Part shown: positions 12,651 through 23,740 of the stretch, piece after piece
Layout: the number at the start of each line of letters is the position of its first letter
Position numbering within the stretch: position 1 is the first letter of the stretch
Assembly: GCA_973895155.1 (NCBI GenBank)
Contig: OZ316897.1
Span: forward strand, 18,138,457-18,202,456
Direction: 5' to 3'
Source of the DNA: Marsupella aquatica
Lineage: Eukaryota > Plantae > Marchantiophyta
DNA: 64,000 nt
Translations under genes and position numbers: made by a program
Notes under the pieces: model-generated
What the model was told of the DNA's origin: nothing
Seen by the model: only the letters and a program-made list of their open reading frames with translations
Databases searched by the model: none

Positions 12651-13539
12651 AGATTCCATGGGCAATTGTCTTAAAAATACACTCCAAGCTAGAAAGAAAT
12701 AGGACTGTAGAATCCAGTGAAAGGTCTACATGCGTCGTGGCCGATCGCTTGTTCAGGAAAACGTGTGATGCGTACAGATTCATGCAAATTGACCACGGCG
12801 CAGGAAGCTGAAATTTGGAAGGGAGTCTCTTTGTGCTAGCGCCTTCCGTATACCCGCTCAAAAACATATCATCAGTGAATTGGTTCAACGACAAGGGCAG
12901 CTGAATCTTCCTTTGATTGCAAGTTGTTAAAAATTGGGTTCAAGATGGCTGTAAGTAGCAGCTACTAGGATGAAGCAGTGGCAGTCTACTACTTCGGTGC
13001 AATCTACTACTTCGGTGCATCAAGGAGGGCAACAACAGCCTTCCTTCTGGCGAGTTTCCCTTCTTCGTTATCCATGACCAGCATTGTGTATATCCAAGAT
13101 GCTGAACTGTTTGTGTAAGCAGTTAATCGGCGGAGCTTCCAGAATTCTTGGTGAGATAGCAATTAGTGACCTCAGTTCCCAGGTGGTCTGGTCCCGGTAT
13201 GGCTACTAAAACCGATGAATTTTGTGCATCCGAACTGGAGGAAGAAAATTCTAGCTTCGCGGAATGAATGATATACCGCACAAGATTGACGGGAGCATTT
13301 CAGTACTGGCACCTGCAGCTCCCATTGTAACAAAGGACTGCAATCCCAGCATCGATTGGCATTTCAACCAGTGACAATTTTGTCATTGGCATGTGTACAA
13401 ATGCTGGCAAGTTGTACCGATTGATTCGCAAGAGTCGGACAACAAATCCCTGAACTTGTTAAAGCAGGGATAACTTGGACAGCCCAACACGGTGTCTTGA
13501 GCAAGAGACTTTCAAGTTGCATAAAAAACTGAAAATAGA

Positions 13540-16500
13540 TTTAGATGGGATCCTGGACATTTCTCTTTTCCACCCCAAGATGTTGGGTAGTCCAACTTAT
13601 CCAAGCGTCTCCCGTCTCTGTATATCGTTGGGCCTCTGTTCAATGCACCTATTCGCCAAAATGGTATAAAAGAATCGGAGACTATCGTAAGTCGAACGAT
13701 GGGCACCATAATTGAGTATAGAAAATGATCAGGGAGCCTGTATAGTCAATGTTTGGGATCGATGTGGTTGATTCAGTTTTAAAGCAAGTGTGCGAACTGA
13801 AGTGCGGAGCTTTAGGTTACAGATCTGAATAACAATGCAGTACCGCTTTATGGGTGTCACTTGTGCACATGGTGTTACATCAGAAGAACTGGATGAATGA
13901 TGATCAGAGTTCAACACCTGCCGTCTTTGAATCATTTTACATTGTTCTCACATGTTTCAGAGCGTTGTTTTTATCACATGAGAGATTGACTTTGGCGTCG
14001 AGTCATTGCACTGGACGTATATTAATTGGGAACCTTCGTTCGTGCTACGGATCCCCCGCTGGAAGCTAGATACTGGTTTATCACGGAAAGGCAACTGAAT
14101 CGGACTCTTGAGACTCGGACTCCAAACTCGTTTATTTCTTGAGATATGAAATAGCATGAAAGAGTCTGTTACGCATGATGCCACACGAACAAGTCGTCTT
14201 TCAGCAGCAATGAAGACTTGCCTTCCTTGGTCAATTCCCCCTTCCATCGGTTGGGCCACCTTGATCAGTTTCCTTGTCGATCATTTGCGACCAATCTTCT
14301 CGATCAATTTCCCGTTCATCTGTTCTCAACAATTGAACATAAGTGATCAATTACAGCGACCCTTTTTGACACCAGGACGTGAATTATCGTGTAATGATAT
14401 AACAGTGTCCTGCTCGAACAAAGGTGAGATGACTTCTTTTGTGCAAATGACGTCAGATCGTTTAATTAAATAAAACTTAGCTCCTTTCTATGCTGTCATT
14501 TGCTGTATTTCGAAGGTCGTGAAGTTAAAATTCTAGGTTGCTGCTGATGTCACGGCCGTTGCGTGTTGAATTTGTCCCCGTGTCACAAGACAAGTATCCC
14601 TCATCGGACAGTGCGATTCATTGCTGGGATGGGGGACTGCTTGATCGCTCCACTGCAGTCTCAGTTTGAATGCTGGGGTCGCTGATCTAATCAGAGATAT
14701 CCTTGTCGACGAGCTAAAGGGAACCCTGGTCTCCTCCATTCTTTGAGTCATGTTAGACTTTCGAATGTAGTGGCGGCAATCAAGATAACAGTTGGGAACT
14801 GTTAAAGAGTGCTACGATGCTCAAGGATAATTACACATCTGGGTTTCTGCGATTGTGATGCCGCGTCACAACTCAGCCGTTGATGGTGACCTTTGTATTT
14901 GAAATATAAAAATTGCTTGAATGACTTGGTCTTCTGCACGGACGTATCGCAGGTAAAGCAAATGATACAGACCAACGCTTCAGAAACCGGAATTTCCCCG
15001 AATTGTTAGCTTGTCAAGAATGAAAACTAAAAGTCAATCGAAATATCTGTACAACTGGTAATTCGAGTTGTACCTAGCTACAGTAAGCAACATTTTCGTC
15101 GTGGAATCGTGCACAGTTTGTTTTGGTTCCCTCACTCAAGATAAGCATTCAAGACATTGTGGGCTATGAGATGCCACCCAAAACTAGAGCTTCTATTCCA
15201 AGTTTGAGCTACTACTATTTTTGTTGTTTCCCTCCGCTTTTCACAATTCAAGATTAACCCAATGAAATTTCATGCAAATTGAAGTTTTACTTGGTAAAAA
15301 GACAAGTAAAGAACAAATCTCAAAATGCCGTGCAAAGCCTTATAAGATGGGCATTCTCTTCCATAAAGTATAGAGAAAAACCTTGAAGAGACTTAAATGA
15401 ACCTACGTTCACGAATCTGTAATTCATTGTTTAGTGGGTGGTTCAAGTTTCAGAGAAATAAAAGGTCTACACTTTCAGACAAAAAAGAATGACGACGTCC
15501 GGTTTGTCACAGCCAGGGCATACCGAGTAAATAAAGAAGATAGCTAATGAGAACTTGTTATTGATTTTTGACACGTCGTTACCACCTGAGCACGGCAATG
15601 AAAGATAGAACCAGGAAAGCTGTAATTTATTTAATCGAGTACACTAAGTCAGTTCAAAAAGACATTTGCTTAGCCTGAAACCTCGCTTTAATTGTCATTG
15701 ATTGCTCCCCGCTCCTGCATAGGAAATAAGAGTTTTAAACTTCGACGGGACAATTAAAACGTGAAGTACCCTGGCTCTGAAAGTACATCCAGTGCTGATC
15801 CCTGTCCACTATATATAAGCTTGTCCATGACCTGTCACTGCAATTTCTGGCACGCGGTCTGTACAATTATTTCCCAGGTTGATGATTTAGTTCATCCCAG
15901 CTGGACCATGCTTGAACCGTACTATAGGAGCACAGTCCGTTGGGGAGGTTCACGAGGTTGTGGATAGTTTGGTCAACAGGAATTTGCCTTGCAGCCCTTA
16001 CCTGCTCACTTGGAGTCGATCAAAAATATACTTGCACTTGGATCGGAAGGCAAAACGAAGCCATTTGTCTCTGAGTCTCTGTGCGGGGAGCGAGACCATT
16101 AGAGAGTCCTCGGCACACTCTCCAAAATAATGGAAGCCGAATGCTACTTGTTTCCGTCTGGACTCGTTATGTGGTTAGCTGCAAGCAGAAATTATAAGTT
16201 CAGAAGCTGATTGTCGTCTGAGATTGTACACACGCATAAAATAGGACGGGAAACGAGATGTAGAGACTGTTGATGAAGTTTATTTACACCGAGGGTCCAA
16301 TGTATTCCCCTTGGTACAGCCAAGTTTAGTCTCTTGGTAATACACTGTCAGCTTCAGATCCCCTTCTGGATGGAGCCGAGCTAGTACATACAACTTACGA
16401 CACTGTCACAACCACCATTGCGTTCACAGATAATAATTCTCTTCATAATCACGAGTGGCCCGAGTCGAAGCCAAAACACTCGTTCCAGTCGACGTTTTGC

Positions 16501-17517
16501 TCTTACACAAGATCCAATAAATGCTCTGTGGTTCATACGACACTTGACACGCTCAATTGTGTTTGTTAGGCCTAAAGTCTCGAGCTGGTTGGTGAGTTTG
16601 ATGGATTGCTCAACCTCTTGTCATGTGATCAAATTTTTCTCGAGTGTCAAGGGTCCGTTGCTTCCGCTGACTTTTCTTTTTGACATCTTTTATTCTACCG
16701 ACGTCACATGTACGACTTGCCCCGCTGTGATATTTGAGATTTTTCTGGGTAGCTGTTGATTATGATCCGTCTTGTGGGCGACTTGCAGGCAAAGGCGAAG
16801 CATTTCAATTTGGAAGTGACGGGCTCCAGCTTACATGATCGGAGCCTACGCTCAAAGAGAGCAACGGACTGATCAGGAGCTAATCTTTCAGGTGAGAGTC
16901 ATAATTCATGTTACCGATCCTAGAAATTGACAGAGCTAGTGATTACACGATCGACCGTCATCTAGGGTAACTAGAGGACTTGGTCCTGGAGTTTAGCTAG
17001 ACAGATTCCATTCGGCACTTGTCATCCCCACAAGACAAAGAAGCTTGTGGACTACTTTCGAAGCTTTGCCGGCCAGATCGAGCTGCCCGAGTCCTGTTTA
17101 ATAGAGAACCCCCCATAGTCACATTGCGGGGCTGCGCACAGTTTATTCCTACCGCTCGGAGATATCGCTGTTGTTTGGTAGTTGTTCCATCCATTCCATC
17201 CGTCTGTCGCTTGGGAATCCATAGCCCATCAGCTTCGATTTCTGATGACGTGCGTGTACTTGCGACCAATGCAATTGCTGCTTTGGACACTGAAATTGGT
17301 CATGGCCAAATGTTTTACTTGGTGATCTATATTTTCAAAATATTGATCTGGTCGGACTGAGCAAGAGGTGCTTCTTGTACTAATATTGATCACAGTTTCG
17401 ATTCTAGACGATAGAAAGTGCTCGCTAACCATTGCGTTGCTAAGTAACAGTTCTGTTCTTGTTCCTCAATACGTCAAGTACTCAGAATTGACCGTGGTGG
17501 GGTACCACTGTTGTATC
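13540..17517. repeat. Inverted paralog of the SDR-ROCO intergenic region and ROCO upstream region
   Basis: Reverse-complement matches: 13540-13915 to 46010-46380; 15040-15360 to 45650-45970; 14440-15120 to 41690-42450 (more diverged); 15890-17517 to 39190-41020. Confidence 0.85.
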
Positions 17518-17862
17518 TGTGGAAGTTTTCAGATGATTATGAAACTTGATTAACGTAAGGCACAATAGTGCGTTTAAATACATGAATGGAGTGGGGTCCA
17601 AGTGCGTGAGCAAAGGAAAACGACAAGTAAACTCTGACCAGGAATATAAGTAGTTGAGTCAGTCTAAGTGGGCGCAGCCAGATAGGACAGAAAGAGGATC
17701 AGAGTCAAACGGGATCGACCAGACAGCCTACCGACCGGCAGCAAGCTCAAGGTAGTCAGTAAGATCCGATGCAACCAGAGTGTACAGTAACCACATCTGA
17801 CAGCGAGGCATGGGAGCAGGCAAGAGACAAGACCGCGTGAGTTTCAACACCTCCCCTCAACC

Positions 17863-18468
17863 ATGGCTCGCAAAGATTCAGGAGGAGAGTGTGTTGTGAT
17901 AATTATATGGAACGTCGGTATGGTAACTGAATCTATCCAAATCAAATTTTGTACATTGGATAGAAACCACCATGGCGCAGGAGGAGATGACATTAAGGGA
18001 ATCGGCGATGTCACTCGTTCTTTCCTTGTTGGGATTTATCTCAGCATTGTCGCGAAGTGTTTAGGGTTTAGGGTTTATGATTACCTAGTGTGTAATCATA
18101 GTGATTCATTAGGACCGGAGGAGAGACCCCTTGGTGGGCAATCGGAAGAAACACCTATTGAGCCGCAGGCAGGTGCATCAACGGAGACTGATCGAGCTAG
18201 GGAGCTAATAGTCCCTGTAGAGCCAAGTGCTCCAATGTATAAAGAGGAGTCCCGTCACCCGTTGTCAGGAGAAATAGTGAGAGTTTTCTCAGAAGAGCTG
18301 CCAAGGCGATACTATTCAGTGGCTCGAGGCCGACGTCCAGGGATCTATACGACTTGGGAGGAGGTAGAACCCTTAGTAAGTGGCTTCCGAGGCAATAAGT
18401 ACAAGTCTTTCAAGACTCGGATAGAGGCCGAGTTGTACTTAAAGAAAGAGCAGGCTAGAGCTTTCTAG
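17863..18468 (+). CDS. Antisense accessory ORF of Copia-1 with a C-terminal RNase H1 N-terminal hybrid-binding (Cauli_VI/viroplasmin-like) domain
   Basis: 201-aa ATG-initiated ORF filling most of the pol-to-LTR interval. Residues encoded at about 18301-18445, RYYSVARGRRPGIYTTWEEVEPLVSGFRGNKYKSFKTRIEAELYL, fit the family pattern YAV..GR.PGIY..W......V.GF....YKSF.T..EA. The true start and any splicing are uncertain. Confidence 0.8.
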   Translation: MARKDSGGECVVIIIWNVGMVTESIQIKFCTLDRNHHGAGGDDIKGIGDVTRSFLVGIYLSIVAKCLGFRVYDYLVCNHSDSLGPEERPLGGQSEETPIEPQAGASTETDRARELIVPVEPSAPMYKEESRHPLSGEIVRVFSEELPRRYYSVARGRRPGIYTTWEEVEPLVSGFRGNKYKSFKTRIEAELYLKKEQARAF

Positions 18469-18554
18469 GTGGAGAAACTGACTATTGACACCAGTTAATC
18501 GTGGGATGCTGTAAGACAATCTCAGAGCGATGGAGATGTATCAAAGATGTGTTA

Positions 18555-21500
18555 TCATCGTAGTGGTAGCAGCTTTGCCGACCTCATTCCTAATATATCT
18601 CTATTTCTGAGAAACTTTGCTTTGGATAATGATTTAGTCAGAATGTCGGCTACCTGGTCTTCTGTTTTCACATGATGCACTGAAAGTTCTCCCTCCAAAA
18701 CTCTTTCACGTACAAAGTGATGGTGAATTTCTAAGTGCTTTGTCCTCGCGTGGAAGACTGGGTTTTTGGCGAGCTTAACAGCGCTCATGTTATCGCACCT
18801 CAAATGTAAGTCTTGAAGGGATGGCACTGCAGCTTGCTCGAGATCAGTTGCTATTCCAGTGTTTTTACATTTGACCTTGGTAGGCAAGGATGTCTTACCA
18901 ACCAGTTCTTCGAGTAATCGCTTTAGGTACACACCTTCTTGGGCGCCATCTGAAAGTGCCTTATATTCTGCCTCCGTAGTCGATCGAGACACTGTTGGCT
19001 GTCTTTTGCTGCTCCATGTGATGGGACCTTCAGACAGCTTGAAGATGTATCCTCCGGTGGATCTTCGAGTATCAGGGCATGAATTTCCCCAATCAGAATC
19101 TGTGAAGCCTTCGAGATTAAGTTGACTGTCTCTGCTGTAGAACACTCCTAGATCCAAGGTGCCACTAATGTAGCGCACGATGTGCATGGCTGCATCTAGG
19201 TGAGCTTGTTGTGGTTGACTCATGAATCTACTCACCAGACCAACTGAGAAGGAGATGTCTGGACGAGTGTTAGTTAGATATATGAGTTTACCTACCAACT
19301 GACAATAATGTGTAGAGTCAACATCGGGGGTGTAGGACTCCGATGATAACTCAAGGCCTTCTGGAAGGGGTGTGCCCACTGGCTTGCATGTGTCCATTCC
19401 GTAGTCTTGCACAAGTTGGTCAGAATAGTGTTTCTGATGCAGTAGAATCCCTTTTTCGGTGACTAGGAAATCAACTCCGAGATATCTTTTTGTTTCTCCA
19501 AGATCCTTCATCTCGTACTTGGCCTTCAGTTGCTGCTTCAGTTCTTCAATAAGTTGTACTCCGCTGCCTGTGATTAAGAGATCGTCGACAAATAGCAGGA
19601 TGATGGCAATTTTTCCTCCTTGTTGTAGGGTGTATAGATTTGGATCTAGGGAGCTACGTATGCATCCAATTGACCTGAGAAATGAGTCGACTTCTTCATA
19701 CCAGGCCCTTGGACTTTGCTTTAGTCCATATATTGACTTTCTAAGTCTGCACACGAGTTTTTCTTGACCAGGAGAGAGGAACCCGGGTGGCTGCATCATA
19801 TAAATGGTTTCCTTAAGAGTCCCATTGAGAAATGCAGTGACAACGTCCATATGTGATAATGGCCATCCAAACGCAGCTGCAAGTGCCACAATGAGTCTGA
19901 CAGTGGACCATTTGACTACCGGGGCAAAGGTCTCTTCGAAATCTAATCCTTCACGCTGTTCGTTTCCTCTAGCGACTACCCGAGCTTTGAACTTAATGTT
20001 TCCTGCTTGGTCAAGCTTTTCCCGAAGGACCCATCTAGCTGATAGTGCTCGCTCTCCCAAGGGAAGGTTGACAAGTTCCCAAGTGCCATTTTTAAGATGA
20101 GCATTCATTTCAGCTTGCATGGCTTCCGTCCAACGGGAATCAGAGAGAGCATCTTCTACAGATATATTGTCGATGGAGTCAGCTAGAAGAGCTAACAGGA
20201 GATGCTCAGTAGTTTCGGAAAGGTATGTTGTGAAATCAGATAGCCAATAGGGATGAGATGTGAGTCGACTGGAGGGTGGACGTGACCGCTGGAGGAGACG
20301 TTGAGTAGCACGTTGTTTTGCACGACGAGCTTGACGTGGTTCAGGGACAAGCGGTGGATCAGTGGTGGAAGCAGATGTGTCCTCGTGGGGTTCAGGCTCG
20401 GGATAGTCAATCCTGCAGTGAGGAAGATTTGGGGATGTAGACTCGGTTGCTGGTGTGGAGTCGGTGGCTGTTGGTGTTGGAGGAGAGCCAGTTGTTGATG
20501 GAGTTGAATGTTCGGCTGGAGATTGCAAGTGGTCAGGTTCATCTTCAAGTGGAAACATATCGAGAATGCTCTCGTAGGTAGTGGCTTGTCCCGTTGAGAA
20601 GTCTCCAAGAGTTGATTCGTCAAAGACCACATTTCGGGAAACAAGAATTTTTTGAGAGATCGAGTCAAAGCATCGATATGCTTTGCTGTGGTCATCGTAT
20701 CCAACAAGTACAGTACGAATGGACTTGGGTTGAAGCTTGTTACGCATCTCCTTTGGAACATGAATGTGAGCTATGCTTCCAATGATACGGAAGTGGCTGA
20801 CATCAGGTTTGGTACCGGTGAGACATTTTGTTGGTGTAGAGAGATTTAATGCACGAGTGCTGCATCGGTTGTTGATGTGATTAGCCGTTTTGACTAATTC
20901 TTCCCAGAGAAAGGCTGGAAAGTTTGAGCCTATTGAGATACTCCTTACTATATCTAGAAGGGTGCGATTTTTACGTTCGGCGACTCCATTCTGATGAGGA
21001 GTTCGAGCTACAGTAAATTGCCTTCGTATCCCATGTTGCTGACAAAATGCCATGAATAAATCAGACATATATTCTCCGTCTCGATCGCTTTGTAAGCATT
21101 TAATTTTGGTGCCTAGTGAGTTTTCGACTTCTTGTTGGAAGATCTTGAATTTTTCCAAAGCCTCATTTTTGGACTTGAGAAAGAAGACCCAAGAATGTCG
21201 AGAAAAATCATCAGTGAAGGTGATGATGTACCGGGCCCCAGAGAGAGCTAGGACCGGTAAAGGACCACAGAGGTCTGTGTGAATCAATTCCAGAGGTTTG
21301 GTGGCGCGAAAACTTGCTGATTTTGGTACTCGGTGTCGAGACTGCTTGCCTTTCACACAGGGCTCACAGATCATTTTGCTGACTGGAAGATTTGATGGAG
21401 CTCCCGTGATAAGCCCGTTTTGAGTCATGTAGCTGATGCGCTGATGACTAGAGTGACCTAGCCTTTGGTGCCAAAGTTCAGATGGAGACATCGATGGAGG

Positions 21501-23064
21501 TTCGACTAAGTGACACTGAGCTGACATGCTGGGATGTGCTAATTTAGTGTTAGCTAAATATTTGTCCGGAGAGACGACAGGCAATTTGAGCTTATATAAT
21601 CTACTATGAGGGTCTCTGTAGCCTTTGAGATAAGGCTGTGAGGGTCTCTTGGGGTCATAGACGTAGCATCTACTGGAAGTAAATAGCACTTGATGACCCT
21701 GATCTGTAAATTTACCAACAGAGAGTAAATTCCTTGTAATAGACGGCACGTACAAAACATCACGAACAGATTTATTGCCAGGAAGAGAAATACAGCCAGA
21801 TCCGGATATGGGCATTTTAGAGCCATTAGCCGTGAGAACATTAGACGTAGGGGTGCTGCTGATCAGATTAGTAAGGCTACTACGATTGCGACTTATGTGA
21901 GCTGAGGCTCCGCTGTCGATGATCCAGGTCTGGTCATCAATGCCTGGAGCATCAAACTCACTGAGCATGGCCTCAATCGTAAGTGAGGATTTGGGCTCAC
22001 TGGGTTCGCCAACGTCAGAGTTGTTGTCTCCGATGTCTCCCTCAGCAAAATATGCTTTTGGTCCAGGAGCAGCCTTGATGTCTCTGATCTTGGAATGTAG
22101 GTCCTTCAGCTGAGATACGGACATTGTCTTGATCTCAGTGTCTGCAGCTTTGATGAAGCAGTCTGCTTCCCAGTGGCCTCGTTTGCCACAGAAGTTGCAG
22201 TTGCATCGATCTGCTCCACCTTCGTAGCCTCTCTGCTGTCTTGCTCGATCGTGGCGCCCTCGTCCTCGCCCACGATGTCCTCTGCCTCCTTCTCCACGTC
22301 TCTGGTGAGCAGAGGCCAGCATAGACTGCTCGCTGCCTTCATTGCTTGATTTGCGACGAAAGTCCTCAGCCTGTAGATATTCTTCCAGATCTGCAAAAGT
22401 AGCTAGAGGGTCCTTGGCATACATGACACCGTAAGCTGACTTGAATGCTGACCAGCTTTCAGGTAGATTTCTCAACACAATCTGGATCAGTTCTTTATCG
22501 TCAACTTCCTCTCCTACACTACCGAGTTCCATCACATGGTACTCGATCTTTTTGAGGTAGTCCTCGATAGAGGACCCTTCACATAGGCGAGCCTCGACTA
22601 GTGCAGACTTGAGGTCCAGTTTGCGCTGGATTACAGAAGACTCATACTTCTGTTTAAGTGTTGCCCAGAGTTTGGCAGGATCACTCCGCAGCCTTCTAAC
22701 AATAGGGACAATGGAATGATGAACAGTTTTGGTGAGAATAATGATTACCCTCTCCTTCCGTTTCTGAGCCTCAGTCGGACTCTTCGGCTCTCCCGTAGGT
22801 TGCTGCTGAACGGCAGTTCCTTCAGTTGGTCCTGAAGATGTCGAGGCTGCACTGTGTGCCTGTGATCGAGGGAGCTGGCTGCTGTGCTGCGCTGCTTCCT
22901 CCAGATGTTGATGCTGGCGTATTGATGGTGGGGTCAACGACCTCCCATAGATCTTTTTCTCTCAGGATCTGCTCAACGTAGAAGGACCACACAATATAGT
23001 TGTGTGCTCCTACTAATTTGTCGCTGTCTGAGAATGAGATCTTGGTAGCATCACTCAACGCCAT
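18555..23064 (-). pseudogene. Copia-1 gag-pol polyprotein with one frameshift near the N-terminus
   Basis: ATG at 23064 (MALSDATKISFSDSDKLVGAHNYIVWS) shifts near 22860 into the 1460-aa frame. That frame contains CNFCGKRGHWEADC, protease WIIDSGAS, integrase HHCC/HTDLCGP/QNGVAERKN (SDRDGEY where SDRGGEY is usual), RT LFVDD and RNase H TDSDW. Confidence 0.92.
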
Positions 23065-23740
23065 GGTAAATAGTAACACTCTAATCAGATAAAGGTGCGA
23101 GGAGCGGTAGGCTCTGATACCATGTGGAAGTTTTCAGATGATTATGAAACTTGATTAACGTAAGGCACAATAGTGCGTTTAAATACATGAATGGAGTGGG
23201 GTCCAAGTGCGTGAGCAAAGGAAAACGACAAGTAAACTCTGACCAGGAATATAAGTAGTTGAGTCAGTCTAAGTGGGCGCAGCCAGATAGGACAGAAAGA
23301 GGATCAGAGTCAAACGGGATCGACCAGACAGCCTACCGACCGGCAGCAAGCTCAAGTAAGAGCTCGCGCTCTCCTGGCCGATCCCCAGAATTGAAGCAAA
23401 GCACAGCTCGACTATGACGAAAGCATTCGTGGCAAGAGGTCTCGCAAGAAAGACAAACGTGGAGGGTGCCGCCAAATTTCTCAAGGTGCTTCACTCAAAC
23501 AGAGAAGAGAAAAAGCCGGAGATTTGGTCAATGGGGTCTGGCGGACCGTGAAAATGGGCAGCAAAATCTGAAAGCGTTCCGCACGAGTGCTTGAGTGGAA
23601 ATATAACACTGTATATAAATTTGTGATAACTTCGTATCATTGTCATCCGGGCTCCCAATACAACAAAATCACCATCGTCATCATTCTCTTCGACAAAATA
23701 CGTGGAGAAGCGTGGATCGGGAAGACCGTGACCTCTAGAC

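Larger units (their letters stand above)
17518..23356 (-). mobile_element. Ty1/Copia LTR retrotransposon (Copia-1); 5' LTR truncated; carries an antisense accessory ORF
   Basis: 3' LTR 17518-17849 (TGTGGAAG...TTTCAACA). PPT GTTGAGGGGAGGTG adjacent. tRNA-iMet PBS TGGTATCAGAGC at 23111-23122. 5' LTR 23123-23356 matches the first 234 bp of the other LTR, then breaks off. The left flank GTATC has no right-hand TSD partner. Confidence 0.95.

Noticed and set aside
9740-17517. Helitron as the cause of the shuffled mosaic
   Set aside because: No convincing 5'-TC / hairpin-CTRR-3' termini or Rep/helicase remnants seen; duplication plus deletion explains the pattern.
18060-18077. TTTAGGG repeats as an interstitial telomere
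   Set aside because: Only about 2.5 units; telo-box scale.
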